From contig NC_043001.1 of the NCBI RefSeq assembly GCF_006345805.1, forward strand, positions 57,536,001-57,600,000: 64,000 bases of DNA, read 5' to 3'. This DNA comes from Octopus sinensis. Taxonomy: Eukaryota. The translations under genes were made by a program, and so were the position numbers. Shown here piece by piece: positions 11,360 through 23,222 of this stretch. Under the pieces are notes generated by a model. The model was not told the DNA's origin. It ran no database searches and was given only the letters and a program-made list of their open reading frames with translations. How positions within the stretch are numbered: position 1 is the stretch's first letter; each line of letters begins with the position of its first letter.

Positions 11360-11735
11360 TAATTTTGTTTCCATTTTGGTTGGAAAATTGTTCTCTGTGA
11401 ACGAAAATGTCAGTGTTCTTAAGGTCGCTCGGCTAGGAAGATTCCAAGCGAATCCAACCGCAGATACTAGACCACGCCCAATAAGGGTAATCTTTTCTTC
11501 TGATCGGGAGGCTTCAGTCTTTTTGAACAGAGCTCAGACGCATGCCTGGGAGGACCCCAATATGGGTTTTCGCGAGGAATACTCACTAAGAGAGAGAATT
11601 CGCCGGAGGAACCTGATATCCGAGCTAAAGATGAGGAAACAAATGGGAGAGAAGGGTTTACGAATCCAAGATGGACAGATAATCAAGTCCTACCTCTGGT
11701 CCCATGCTGTAGTGCTGACAGGGAAAGTGATGTGA
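11349..11735 (+). CDS. LINE ORF1 C-terminal fragment (true 5' end lost; computed GTG start lies in flanking DNA)
   Basis: RLGR...RPRPIRVIF...REEYSLRERIRRRNLISELK...GE resembles the RRM/coiled-coil C-terminus of CR1/Jockey-group ORF1 proteins. Confidence 0.7.
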   Translation: MRYINFVSILVGKLFSVNENVSVLKVARLGRFQANPTADTRPRPIRVIFSSDREASVFLNRAQTHAWEDPNMGFREEYSLRERIRRRNLISELKMRKQMGEKGLRIQDGQIIKSYLWSHAVVLTGKVM

Positions 11736-14692
11736 GGGCAAATCGAAGTGAAGTTGATACCCCCGTCAACGATGCTATCTCTGATGCCCTTTATTCTGCT
11801 TGTTCCCCAACTCCCGCCCCTCAGACTTCACAGCTCAGCATCGCCTACACCAACTCGTGCTCCTTATTCCCAAAGTTCAGTGAACTATTTACACTGGCCC
11901 TACGCGACTCCCCTGATGTGATAGCTATCACCGAGACTTGGCTGACTCCAGCAGTAAAGGACTCAGAGATCCACCTGCAGGGCTACGTCCTTTTCAGATG
12001 TGACAGAGGAAAAAGGCGAGGTGGAGGTGTTGCTGTGTATGTTAAGTCTGAGCACAAACCGTCCTGCGGTATTCTACCCACAAATGCTCAACCTACAACC
12101 AAATTCGATGCCGTCTATTGCAAGCTGAGCCTATCTGAGTTTTGCCTGCCCGTGTTGGCTGTCTACAGGCCGCCTCTAGCCGACCCCCAGGACGATGCTC
12201 ATCTACTCGAGGCGATAAGATTCGTTTCAGCTTCGCATGACTGCTTGGTACTAGGCGACTTCAACGCTCCCACAATCGATTGGCCCGCATCAATTTGTAC
12301 AACATCTTCCCGGTTCGGCCAGACCCTTCTTGACGTGGCTGAAGATTGTTTTCTATCGCAACATGTTGAATATCCGACAAGGCATCGGTGTGGGCAGCAG
12401 CCATCTATGCTAGATCTGGTATTCTCCCGCTATCCAAGATCAGTGTCAGACGTATCTGTGTGCGCCCCTCTTGCCAAGAGTGATCATGCGGTCCTGAAGT
12501 TCGTCATGCACACAACTTTTTCCACGCCCACGATTACTTCGCTGCCACGTAGAGTCTTCTCTGCAATTAATCTTGAAATTCTAACCGAGGCTTCCGCGCT
12601 TCTGGACTGGCGTTCCCTGATGACGTTGTCCTCAGTTGACGAACTATGGTCATCCCTCAAAGCATATGTAATCTGTTTGACTGACCAGGCAGTTCCCGTT
12701 GGACTTCCCAAGAGGAAGAAACACAAGCCCTGGGTGACGAAGAAGGTTAAACGAGAACGTCGACTCAGAGATATTGCTTGGGCTGAATTCAAAAATCTGG
12801 ATTCGACTGCAGCTTTTGAGGTGTACAAAACTCAACGAGACCGAGCCGTGAAAATTGAAAAGAAAGAACGATTCAGTTATGAATACAAAATCGCGGCAAA
12901 TGCCAGTAGCAATCCAAAAACCTTCTTTGCCCATGTCCAGCGGAATTCCCGCTTGAACAACAAGATTGCAACGTTGGTAGACTCAACAGGCGTATCGATT
13001 GAGGACCCTTATCAACAGAGTCAACTATTTGCCGAGGCTTTTTCAACTATTTTCAAACAAGATGATGGTCGTGAACCCCCTCCATTTGATAGATCGGTAC
13101 CTCCAATGCTTCGATTGATCATCACGCGGGACCAAGTCAAACGTGTTATTCAAGGCCTCGATGTCAACAAGGGTCACGGCCCTGACGGCATACACCCACG
13201 GGTTATCAAAGCGTTGGCTCCGGTCATCTGCGAGCCCTTAACACGACTATTCAATATGTCATTGGCGACGGGTGTTATACCTGCAGACTGGAGAACAGCG
13301 ATAATCTGCCCAATTTTCAAGAAAGGGAGCCGCGAAGACCCGCTTAACTACCTACCGGTTTCCCTTACATCAATAATCAGCCAGATGTTCGAAACCATCC
13401 TTAAGAAAAGTATGATGCTCCACCTCCTAAGCACAGCCTCGATCACTGATTCCCAACACGGCTTCGTGCCGAAGAGATCATGCTTGACCAACTTACTAGT
13501 AATGGAAGAATTGGTGACGCGCATCCTCGATGATAGTGATGCTGTTGACATCGTTTTATTGGACTTTGCCAAAGCTTTTGACTCGGTAAACCACCGCCTA
13601 CTACTTGTCAAGCTTCACGCATATAGTTTCCATCCGGATATTGTACGATGGGTTGGTGCCTTCCTCTCAGATAGCTCCTTCCAAGTTCAAGTTAATGGTT
13701 CGCGGTCCAGTGCGAGCAGTGGCGTGCCTCAAGGTTCAGTGCTTGGGCCCTTGTTGTTCTTAGTCTTCATAAATGACTTGCCCGACGACCTCACGCAACA
13801 CACCCTTCTATTTGCCGACGATATCAAACTTGTCGCTCTTCGCGGTAGTATAGAGGATCTTCGTCGATGCCTCCACCAAATTTGGAAGTGGTCTAACGAT
13901 TGGGACCTGTGTCTGAACGTGTCAAAGTGCTGTCATCTGCCTGTCGGCTCTACTCCTGCAACTCAACTTGATTTCGAGCCGGGTCGTCTGCTGCTGGAGA
14001 GGACCGATCAGGTAAAGGACCTGGGTATCTTGGTGGATTCCTCCTTTTCGCCTTCGGCCCAGTGCGTCCATGCTGCCAACAAAGCGCGCGGAATTCTGTT
14101 TTTGATTCGACGGTCATTTGGAATGCTCACAGCAGCCATATTCCTGCCACTCTATGTCACGCTGGTGAGACTCATATTGGAGTATGGGATTCAAGCCTCT
14201 TCTCCTTATCTCCTCAAAGACATACAGCACCTCGAAAGAGTCCAGAGGCTGGCTACCCGCCTGGTTCATGGTCTCAAAAATTTGTCCTACGAAGAAAGGC
14301 TGAGGACGCTCGACCTTTATTCTCTTGAAAAACGCCGCCGCCGTGGTGATCTCATTCTCGCCCACAACATCATAAGCGGGAAGTGTAACCTCTCGAAAGA
14401 GCTGTTCTTCACTCCTGCTCCGGAGCGTCGGCTGCGGGGTCATTCCGAAAAGCTCTACCTGCGACGATTAGATCTCAATCGAAGGAGAGGAGCTTTCTCC
14501 GTCCGGGTTGCGGATCCGTGGAACAAGCTGCCAGACGAGATGGTGAAGATGCCGACGACTGCTTTGTTCAAAGCCTCCCTGGACCTCAAGTGGCCTGAAC
14601 TCTTTACATGAACACCACCCTGTACTTAACTCCATGTCCCCCTACATGGCCTTGCTATTTGCTTTTGAGCCAAATTAACTAACTAACTAACT
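11360..14692 (+). mobile_element. CR1-type LINE, 5'-truncated, young
   Basis: ORF1 C-terminus plus complete ORF2, an ~80-bp 3' UTR with a ccatgt/acatgg hairpin (14632-14649) and an (AACT)4 tail (14677-14692). Clearly more GC-rich than its flanks. No TSD found. Confidence 0.92.
11732..14611 (+). CDS. LINE ORF2: AP-like endonuclease plus reverse transcriptase (959 aa, uninterrupted)
   Basis: APE motifs NSCSL, ITETWL, RGGGVAVYV, YRPP, GDFNAP, LDLVF, SDH. RT motifs QHGF, LDFAKAFDSV, GVPQGSVLGPLLF, FADD. CR1-type C-terminus LRGHS...FSVRV..PWNKLP. Confidence 0.95.
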   Translation: MRANRSEVDTPVNDAISDALYSACSPTPAPQTSQLSIAYTNSCSLFPKFSELFTLALRDSPDVIAITETWLTPAVKDSEIHLQGYVLFRCDRGKRRGGGVAVYVKSEHKPSCGILPTNAQPTTKFDAVYCKLSLSEFCLPVLAVYRPPLADPQDDAHLLEAIRFVSASHDCLVLGDFNAPTIDWPASICTTSSRFGQTLLDVAEDCFLSQHVEYPTRHRCGQQPSMLDLVFSRYPRSVSDVSVCAPLAKSDHAVLKFVMHTTFSTPTITSLPRRVFSAINLEILTEASALLDWRSLMTLSSVDELWSSLKAYVICLTDQAVPVGLPKRKKHKPWVTKKVKRERRLRDIAWAEFKNLDSTAAFEVYKTQRDRAVKIEKKERFSYEYKIAANASSNPKTFFAHVQRNSRLNNKIATLVDSTGVSIEDPYQQSQLFAEAFSTIFKQDDGREPPPFDRSVPPMLRLIITRDQVKRVIQGLDVNKGHGPDGIHPRVIKALAPVICEPLTRLFNMSLATGVIPADWRTAIICPIFKKGSREDPLNYLPVSLTSIISQMFETILKKSMMLHLLSTASITDSQHGFVPKRSCLTNLLVMEELVTRILDDSDAVDIVLLDFAKAFDSVNHRLLLVKLHAYSFHPDIVRWVGAFLSDSSFQVQVNGSRSSASSGVPQGSVLGPLLFLVFINDLPDDLTQHTLLFADDIKLVALRGSIEDLRRCLHQIWKWSNDWDLCLNVSKCCHLPVGSTPATQLDFEPGRLLLERTDQVKDLGILVDSSFSPSAQCVHAANKARGILFLIRRSFGMLTAAIFLPLYVTLVRLILEYGIQASSPYLLKDIQHLERVQRLATRLVHGLKNLSYEERLRTLDLYSLEKRRRRGDLILAHNIISGKCNLSKELFFTPAPERRLRGHSEKLYLRRLDLNRRRGAFSVRVADPWNKLPDEMVKMPTTALFKASLDLKWPELFT

Positions 14693-15399
14693 CATTGAGA
14701 ATAATTTGAACCCATGTGATGCCGAAATTGTTATTCCCTAATAAATAAAATTAAATATATATATATATATATATGCATGTATATAGTAGAGAATGTGACA
14801 TTTATATTGTATATATATACATACATATATATATGTGTGTGTTACTCTTACAGCCAATTTAAAGAGGCAATGAATGGAACAGTTACTTAATCCTGTATAG
14901 ATTTACATAACATATTCATTTGTAAAACGCATCATATTGATTGATGTAACATTTCAACTAAACAGATAATCATAAATAAGTATAGTCCTTCTCTTCATTT
15001 CTTATTTTTGGGTGTTGCCTAAATTTTCTTCCCCATTTCCTCAAGTACTGACTGACACCTTTCATTGATGATTAATCAGTTGATACTCTGCACACTTCGG
15101 TAGCCAGCCGTTTCAAATGCTTTACTTTGGCCGTGTCCTTTGCACTTAGGCTCCGGCTTTCACGTCTACACTGAGCAACAAAAGTTAAACTTGAGTCTTC
15201 AGGGCCTTTCATGCATTGCATTTGTTAGGACCTCCATTTTCCCAGATGTATGGCTTTGTTATTTCATAGTCCTCGCCTCTTCATTGTTCTATGAAAGCAA
15301 CTTGATATGTGAACTTAGAAACTTGTTCTGAGGAAACTCCTTAGTAATTTATGTTGAGTTGCTCTGGTGTTTTATTGTCACTGCCGCGACTTTCATTCC

Positions 15400-16330
15400 C
15401 TTTTTGCTCATTTCCAGTTGGCATTCAATTGATACGTATTTTACCTTTCCCAGTAGTTTCTGTAGCGCCTCTTGTGATATTGCGATATATCATATCATAA
15501 ACTGTTGATATTCTTTCCACTGATAATGATTCTTATCTAACTGTCATTATATCTTCCTTGAATCATATGGCTGAGGCAGGAGAAACTTGACGAAATCATT
15601 TTTCGATATAGAACCTGAATGTACTTTCACTGCTCTGATGGCAACTTGCAGAATGTTGATGTGATTACTAAACAAGGTCACAGCTTTAGCGTTCACACCA
15701 ACAGTTTTGATCCGTTGTTTCAGAGCGGAATGCTTTTTTGCAGCCAATAAATGTAATCTACAGATGAACACTGAATTTTCGCACTTATTTCCATCATTTC
15801 TATATTGAATATCTGGTCATTGGTTCTGACCTTCTTCCGAAATCGCATCTGTACATTAACAAACTGTTCACCACGATCTTCTCTGTCCTCTGTAGCAATA
15901 CCTTTTGATTGATCTTGTTTTTGTGCCTGATTAGGGCAATGGTGTGATAAATGGTGAATTCGATGGTTCAGGAGTGTTCTGATCTTATTAGAATAACTGA
16001 TGTGAACTAGCCCGACGACCATTCTCCACCGATAAAGATTTCATTGCAGAGAGTGCATAACATTTAGTCATCAGATTGTTTGTTTTTCATAGTTCTGCGG
16101 GTAGATCATCTATTCTAGTAGCTTTGCTTTCTTTTAAGTCTTCAAATACTATCTCTTACTTCTGACTCCAATATTACTGGAAAATCGAATGGTTTCTACT
16201 AGTTGTGAAACATCATTGTCTTGATATAATCATACTCCATAATTCCACCTCTTGGGGATAGTTTGCTGATAATCAAATGCTTTATTCCCTGAACGAATGA
16301 AAACGACCTTACAATTAACGATTATTGTCA
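15400..16330 (-). mobile_element. Decayed RTE-clade LINE RT fragment
   Basis: Frameshifted translation KATRIDDLPAEL, GEWSS...TIALIRH, QMRFRKKVRTNDQIFNI matches the RTE pattern KAPG.D.IPAEL, GEWP...RTIALISH, Q.GFR..RGT.DQIF. Confidence 0.7.
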
Positions 16331-16777
16331 GACTACTTTATCTTCCACGTGCTCGTTCAATTACTAAGTAAAATGTTCTGTACTGTTTTTAGAGAATGTT
16401 GATGAAAAATTTACAAGAGAATATAAATTTGGGACACCGTATCTCCACCATATTATACTGAAAATTTATGTCAACATAAAAACTTTCACGGATGCACCCG
16501 TTTGAAGGCCCGTCATGTGTTAGTTCAGGTGACGCACATTTCTACTGACCGACCCCGAGTAAAATGCCAGAAAATAAGGGAAAATATTAGGAAATAATCC
16601 AGGAGAACAGACGTATCGAGATCTTTCAACTATCATATGCGAGCAGAATCAAATTAGTCAAATTTGACACATACATACATACATGCACACACACACACAC
16701 ATACATACATACATACACACACACATACATACGTGCACTCACACACACACACACACACACACACATATGCATATATA

Positions 16778-17438
16778 CCAGGGAAAGTCAAAAGTTATCT
16801 GCTTCTTCGCCATAATATATCTCTTCTATTGTCACGCTGCCTTCTGCATATGCGTGCTTATAGTTGGTACTAATGTGGTCACATGAGTCTGGTTTGAGCA
16901 TAATCACACTATTTTTTCTGGCTCGACAGTGTAAGTATGGCCGGTTCACTAGTTATGTACACCGAAGAAGAACAAAGAACAGTAATCCGAGAGGTGGTAA
17001 TGGTGAACCAGTTTACCATTACCATGTCTCGAGCTTGCTGAATCTTCTCGTCAGTGGTGGAGGTTGACGGGTATCCTACTTCCCCTTCGTGCCTCACGCT
17101 TGTCCGGGCACTGTTAAACTACTCGATCTACTCGTACACACTTCTGCGCGGTAGTGCACAGTCGGGTTTTGTGCTAAAAGCAGCCGATGAATTTCAGCAG
17201 CTGACAACGATTCCGACCAGAGAAATCGGAGCACTGTTCTTTGTTCTTTGTTGCACATTGCTACTGGAGCGGCCATGCTTACACTGTAAAGCCAGAAAAA
17301 AAAATGGCGTGATCAAGCTCAAACTTCGATGACGTGACAACAATAGTACCATCTCAAAGCACGCATGCATAGAAGGCAGTATGATAATAATAAAGATATG
17401 TTATGACGAAAGAGCAAATACTTTTTGACTTCCCCTGG
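16778..17438 (-). mobile_element. Internally deleted mariner element (661 bp)
   Basis: Imperfect TIRs ccagggaaagtcaaaag / ctttttgacttcccctgg with TA on both sides. Remnant N-terminal transposase MAAPVAMCNKEQRTVLRFLWSESLSAAEIHR and RHEGEVGYPSTSTTDEKIQQARDMV. No catalytic DD34D region. Confidence 0.85.
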
Positions 17439-18139
17439 TATATATATAAGTAAAAAGAAAAAAACACACTATAAAAGAGAAACAAAGTCGTTACATTTCC
17501 TTCCAAACAGAATTTTTGAAGAATCGTCAATTTTGCGAGCTACGATACTCAACACAATACTGTTGTTAACAATAAAACTCCTTACATAACATAACCAGTA
17601 ATGCACTGCATGACGCTATACACGATATATATTCTGTATATATATATATATATATCAAAACAACTCTTAACCAATGGCAGGGCACCATCTATTTACTGAC
17701 AAGATAGACAACCTCACTGTATTAAACAAGAGCGTCAGAACATCTGCTAGGTTAATCCTCATCGGTGACACTATTCCGTCGCTTAGTATTAAGCTAACTC
17801 GCCTTGTCAGTTTTTAAAAAATACCATAAGTATCAGCGGCTGATTCGGTAAAATGGTAAAGTGATTATTCTAAATTATTGAAGTGGTCAGTCAGAAATTA
17901 AAACTGCACTTGTGCCGTCTGCTTATAGATTGTGACTACTCAATTCTATCTGAAACCACCGGTGATCTAACGCTCTCACTTGCTGTACGGAGGTTGCCTC
18001 CCCTATCAGAAAATAGCTAGTGCGTGACCGTGGCTTAGAATTGTTCTAGCAATGCTGGTGTTCACATGCATCCTTAGTCACTTTTGTACTTCTTCCCTTT
18101 TGTTTAAATTGCGAATAGCCACTTTAATAATTCATATAC

Positions 18140-18188
<49 letters not shown>

Positions 18189-18223
18189 CCGGCGTGTATA
18201 AGCGTGTGCATGTGTGTGTGTGT

Positions 18224-18654
<431 letters not shown>

Positions 18655-19481
18655 CGTATGTGTGTAATATGTATATATGTTTGTATACATTGTATCTCCT
18701 TGGGAGTGAGTGTTAACCTCTCCTCAAAGAAAAATAAATGCTATGTAAATGTTTAGGGACGACCCGATGTACAGTATTTCTCAGAATAATAATTAAGAGG
18801 GTATATTTCCTTCTCTCTTCCTCTCTCTCCTCTTTGCGTGTCTCTCCCCTCACTATGTCTCTCTTCGTATATTCCCAACATAAAATGCATGCGCGCGTGG
18901 GTGGGTGTGAGCGCGCACATAACACGATAGTAAAAGACAGTGATATATTTTGGTAACTCGTTATAAGTAGGTTTTGTATCTTTTGTTCAATGTAGAAAAA
19001 AGTCTTACCACAGTAATAGCGTGTTTGATGGAAAGCATAAATAGAAATACAGGTTATCGTTGTTTATCAACGCAAGTTTGTGTTTAGTGCCTGGTGGAAA
19101 AGTACGGATTCCTAAAGGGTTATAATTCAAAACTATCTGAGACAGAAGTAGAGATCTTTAGCGGAGTGACGTGTATTTACAATCTAACAGTTATACAGTA
19201 CTGAAATGGAAAACAAGAAAATGGAAAACATACAAATTTATAAACTAAAATTAAAATATTTGTGAACTAAATGTGAACTTGCTTTAGACAAATTTAATTC
19301 TAACTTGAAAATAATAGAACTTTCAACAAAATCTTTAATGTTAACCATTTAAGATCTCGACAGAGAGAAAAAGAAGAAACTCTTTTAAAAGTAAAGTAGA
19401 AAGAAAAGAGATTCCTGTAATATTTCCCAGCATCTCGATTTTTTCATTCCTTTTCATCTATCAGCGGGGTAAGTTTTGCTA

Positions 19482-19537
19482 GGTGTAATCTCGTGATGGT
19501 TAATTAAGAGTTTCTTCGACTGAGTTGTCAGGTAAGT
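19482..19537 (+). promoter_or_regulatory. Candidate exon end with strong donor upstream of micro-exon 3
   Basis: cag|gtaagt at 19532 (a second gtaagt at 19469), 955 nt upstream of micro-exon copy 3. Confidence 0.25.
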
Positions 19538-20486
19538 AGTTTTCTTCCTCCAGGATATAAATAATATTAAGTTTTATATAATAAAAAAAGAAGATGGATG
19601 TAAACATAAAAGTAAAAAAAAAAGACAATCTAACTCTGAAAAATACTTTGAACGTTAAAATATTCTAGAATATATTTCTAAATAATAAAACATGACTCAT
19701 CAACAACAATTACAAGAATTACAACAGAATAAAGAAAAAAAAGACAACAATAGTAATGGAAGTCATACTAAAAAAAATTCAGAGGAAAATAGAGTAGTCA
19801 TTTTTATATGTATTTTATATGTATGTTATATGTATATTGTATGTATATTTATATACCTGTTTTCTGTTTCGTTGTTTAGTTTCTAGAAAATTTCTAAAGA
19901 GTTGCAAGTAATTTGATAAGGAAGAGTCACCGAGACTCAAACCTGACACGCCAATAACATCAAGTAAACCACTGAAATAAATAAAATACCAGAAAACCTA
20001 AATGAAATCGATACAGCAAGGGGGTGGGACACATTAAAGAGAATCTTGAATAAAATAGCCAAAAAAAAAAAGAAAAAGCCTACTGAAATCAGAAATCAAA
20101 AACACGTAAAAATTGTCAGGAAGGAAAGAAATTTACATTTAGTTTGGACTGTAATTTACAAGAGGTAGTATTTTAAAAGAAAGGAATAAAAAAAAGCAAA
20201 ATAGAAGATGCCTTAAGTAATTCCAATGCATACAAACACAACACACATACAAACACATATATTTACATATACATACATTTATTTGCATCTGTGTGTATGT
20301 GTATCTGTGTGTACGTGCGCGCGCTTTTGCCTTTCGTTGGAGCCTTTCTACGCTACTATCAATGCTATGTTACATAAACATACGCATAAAGACACACATA
20401 CAAACATTATTCACCATAACACGTTCCACATATGCAGACTCCTGTATCTTTGGCTCCTGTTTTTTTCTTCTTTTTGCCTCTTATAG

Positions 20487-20513
20487 GAGCAAAATAAGAA
20501 TGAGTAGAAACAG
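20487..20513 (+). other. Micro-exon candidate copy 3 (27 nt, contains ATG AGT AGA AAC AG)
   Basis: Long polypyrimidine tract, ttatag|gagcaaaataagaatgagtagaaacag|gtgagt. About 45 nt of downstream intron is shared with copies 1 and 2. Confidence 0.55.
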
Positions 20514-20672
20514 GTGAGTAAAATGTAGAAATCAGGAAATGAATGTTTTATATTTAGTGTGTTGATGAAGTGTTGTGGAGATTAGCTAAAAATAAGACAA
20601 TTACCAAATAAAAAGAATTAACGTTAGAATGGAAATTTCAAAACAGGATAGACCAACTATCATAGAAATATA

Positions 20673-20753
20673 TTAACTTCCTGCCATTTTACACTCTAAA
20701 GTGTGGTCATATTCTTGATTTTCCCCGTGTCATTAAAAGTGGCAGAATGTTAA
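20673..20753. repeat. 81-bp TTAA-flanked inverted-repeat element (piggyBac-type MITE candidate)
   Basis: ttaacttcctgccatttta ... taaaagtggcagaatgttaa: ~20-bp imperfect IR ending in TTAA on both sides. Confidence 0.4.
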
Positions 20754-21388
20754 ATAGGTAAGATGTGGTAATTTGACTGATTTTAGTATCACTGTTGAAG
20801 TTGTGACTACTGTTGATTTTTAGCCCCGAGACTGCATTAATCTCAGAGAATTGTGATCAAGTTCGTACCTTTCTTGACAACTATGTCTTTTTCAAGCCTA
20901 ATAGCTAGTTCTACATTGTCCACTGTCTTCGTTTATTATGTGTGATTTCAGTTAGAGAGATGTCGCTGATAGCTCTAACAGGATAAGCGATGGCTAAGAA
21001 AGGTTTTCGTTGGCTCGAGTAACCTGTGTTTCTTGTATGTAAAAAGAAGAGAAAGAAGGAGATAGACAAAAACATGCATTAGCTGCATCGCTACATAATT
21101 ATGCTCAATTTTCCACCAGCTCATATCTATCATTAGTGCATATAAATCATATATATTACTTTAGATCGGGTCTTTTCAACCATTTTTTTATTATTTATGC
21201 CCTCTTTGTTTGCTATTTTATTCTGGTGAACTCCCATAGATATCCTATGCTTAATATCTAGCTTGATAGTAACGTCTCTCAAAATTCCTATTTTGTTTTT
21301 CACACATTACCTTGTGTAGGTTGAACTATGTACATGTTAGAGAAAGAAATCGGTGTCTTTCAATACATATCAGTACGTATAAACTAGT

Positions 21389-21700
21389 GAAGGCGCGTGG
21401 CCTAGTGGTTAAGGCATTCGGTTTACAATCATAAGGTCGTGAGTTCAATTCCCGGCGACGCCTACTGTCCTCGAGCAAGACACTTTATTTCAGTTCTCTC
21501 AGCTGGCAAAAATGAGTAGTACCTATATTTCAAAGGGCCGGCCTTGTCATACTCTGTGTCACAATGAATCTCCCTGAGAACTACATTAAGGTTACACGTG
21601 TCTGTGGAGTGCTCAGCCACTTGCACATTAATTGCATGAGCAGGCTGTTCCTTTGATCGAATCAACTGGAACGCTCGTCGTTGTAACCGATGGAGTGCCA
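21389..21700 (+). mobile_element. tRNA-derived SINE
   Basis: A-box tggcctagtgg, B-box gagttcaattcc, CORE-like ctcgagcaagacact. Same family as the copy at 31281. Confidence 0.75.
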
Positions 21701-21704
21701 GCTT

Positions 21705-21835
21705 TATAACCAAACAAAATCTTTTTCAGGGGTCCTTAAAATTATATTGCTGATCCCCGATTTACAATTCTGTTATCCCCAAAATCTTATATGGAGCTTC
21801 AGGAGCCATACAGTGCCCAGTTGAGAACCACTGAT
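21705..21835. mobile_element. hAT (Charlie-type) MITE end fragment
   Basis: Ends in gttgagaaccactg, the reverse complement of the cagtggttctcaa terminus typical of Charlie-type MITEs. The other terminus is not seen. Confidence 0.4.
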
Positions 21836-22060
21836 TTAAAGATATCGAAATTGATAAAACAGTTTCCATTGGTAACCGCTCTTCATTTTTAGACTTGTAC
21901 TTTGAAGTTTGAAGTTCAGGCATCCCTGCGTTACAGCAACCTAATGTTACAGGATTTCATACTAATGTAAATTACAAATTATGATCATTAATTTCGGGAT
22001 ACGGTTTGTAAATTAGCTGTTAAACAAACTCGTCTACTTAGTTGTAAATTGTTAACAGTT

Positions 22061-22477
22061 AGGCGTAGGAGTGGCTGTGTGGTAAGTAGCTTGCTAACCA
22101 ACCACATGGTTCAGGGTTCAGTCCCACTGCGTAGCATCTTGGGCGAGTGTCTTCTGCTATAGCCCCGGGCCGACCAATGCCTTGTGAGTGGATTTGGTAG
22201 ACGGAAACTGAAAGAAGCATGTCGTATATATGTATATATATATATGTGTGTGTGTGTGTGTATGTGTTTGTGTGTCTGTGTTTGTCCCCCTAGCATTGCT
22301 TGACAACCGATGCTGGTGTGTTTATGTCCCCGACACTTAGCGGTTCGGCAAAAGAGACCGATAGAATAAGTACTGGGCTTACAAAGAATATGTCCCGGGG
22401 TCGATTTGCTCGACTAAAAGGCGGTGCTCCAGCATGGCCGCAGTCAAATGACTGAAACAAGTAAAAGAGTAAAAGAG
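22061..22477 (+). mobile_element. Octopus-type tRNA-derived SINE, full length, with internal (TA)(TG) tract and RTE-like tail
   Basis: aggagtggctgtgtggtaag...gggttcagtccc...cttgggcgagtgtctt...ggcggtgctccagcatggccgcagtcaaatgactgaaacaagt(aaaagagt)n. Confidence 0.85.
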
Positions 22478-22660
22478 TTAAAAAATATAATTTCGTTACA
22501 CACATACATGCATACACATACACACATGTATATATAATGTTCGTAATAATGTGAGTATATTTATATATAATCATGAATACTTACATACATACATAGTACA
22601 TACATTCAGATATATATGTATGAATGTAAGTATGCATATCTGTATCAGAATGTATGTATG

Positions 22661-23215
22661 AACTAGCTGACATACCCGGTAATTCCCGGGAAATCGGAGC
22701 TTATCCCTCGGTTCCGTTTTCATAATTGTTTCGCTAATCCAATAACAATACAAAGTATGTAGCTCTTAAAACGGTTTTTGTACATCTACAGAAAATACCG
22801 AATTGTCTTACACAGGATCTTGTTTTTAGAAATTTCCAATAAGTTATGAATGCCCAAATTGTGAAGTCAGTTATGTAATAACAAGAAATTAGTTACCGGA
22901 CAGTAAGAATTCAAATTAAGTAGCACCAAAAAGGGATTTAATGCGTTCTTAGAGTATATAGAACTTAGGAGAAAATACTAATAAGGTATGTATACTAAAA
23001 TCGCGAAGCATGCTACGTAATAACAGGCTAATTAGATATGCGATAATAACAATTCAAAGCAAATTACTCTGAACAGGGCTTTTCTACATTCCCCTCAGCG
23101 GCGCTAGTGTCGGTATATTCGTGAATAAGTCACTAAAAGAAATATATGTGGATCTATTGTTTAGGAAAATATTATTTACTTGTTTAAGTGTTGTACTGGA
23201 TAAATTGCGAAAACA
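22661..23215 (+). mobile_element. Helitron/Helentron-type non-autonomous element, partial
   Basis: 5' aactagctg...cccggtaattcccggg subterminal hairpin, as in HINE/DINE-1-like elements. The 3' boundary is unclear because a SINE follows. Confidence 0.35.
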
Positions 23216-23222
23216 ACTCAAA

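Noticed and set aside
12484-14443. Minus-strand ORFs and a short plus-strand ORF inside the CR1 ORF2
   Set aside because: Shadow frames of a GC-rich coding sequence, with no motifs.
11340-14710. Target-site duplication around the CR1 LINE
   Set aside because: No convincing direct repeat between the 5' junction (about 11360) and the sequence after the (AACT)4 tail.
19692-19886. Q/N/K-rich ORF MTHQQQLQELQQNKEKK...
   Set aside because: Low-complexity A-rich DNA running into a microsatellite, with no recognisable domain or splice support.
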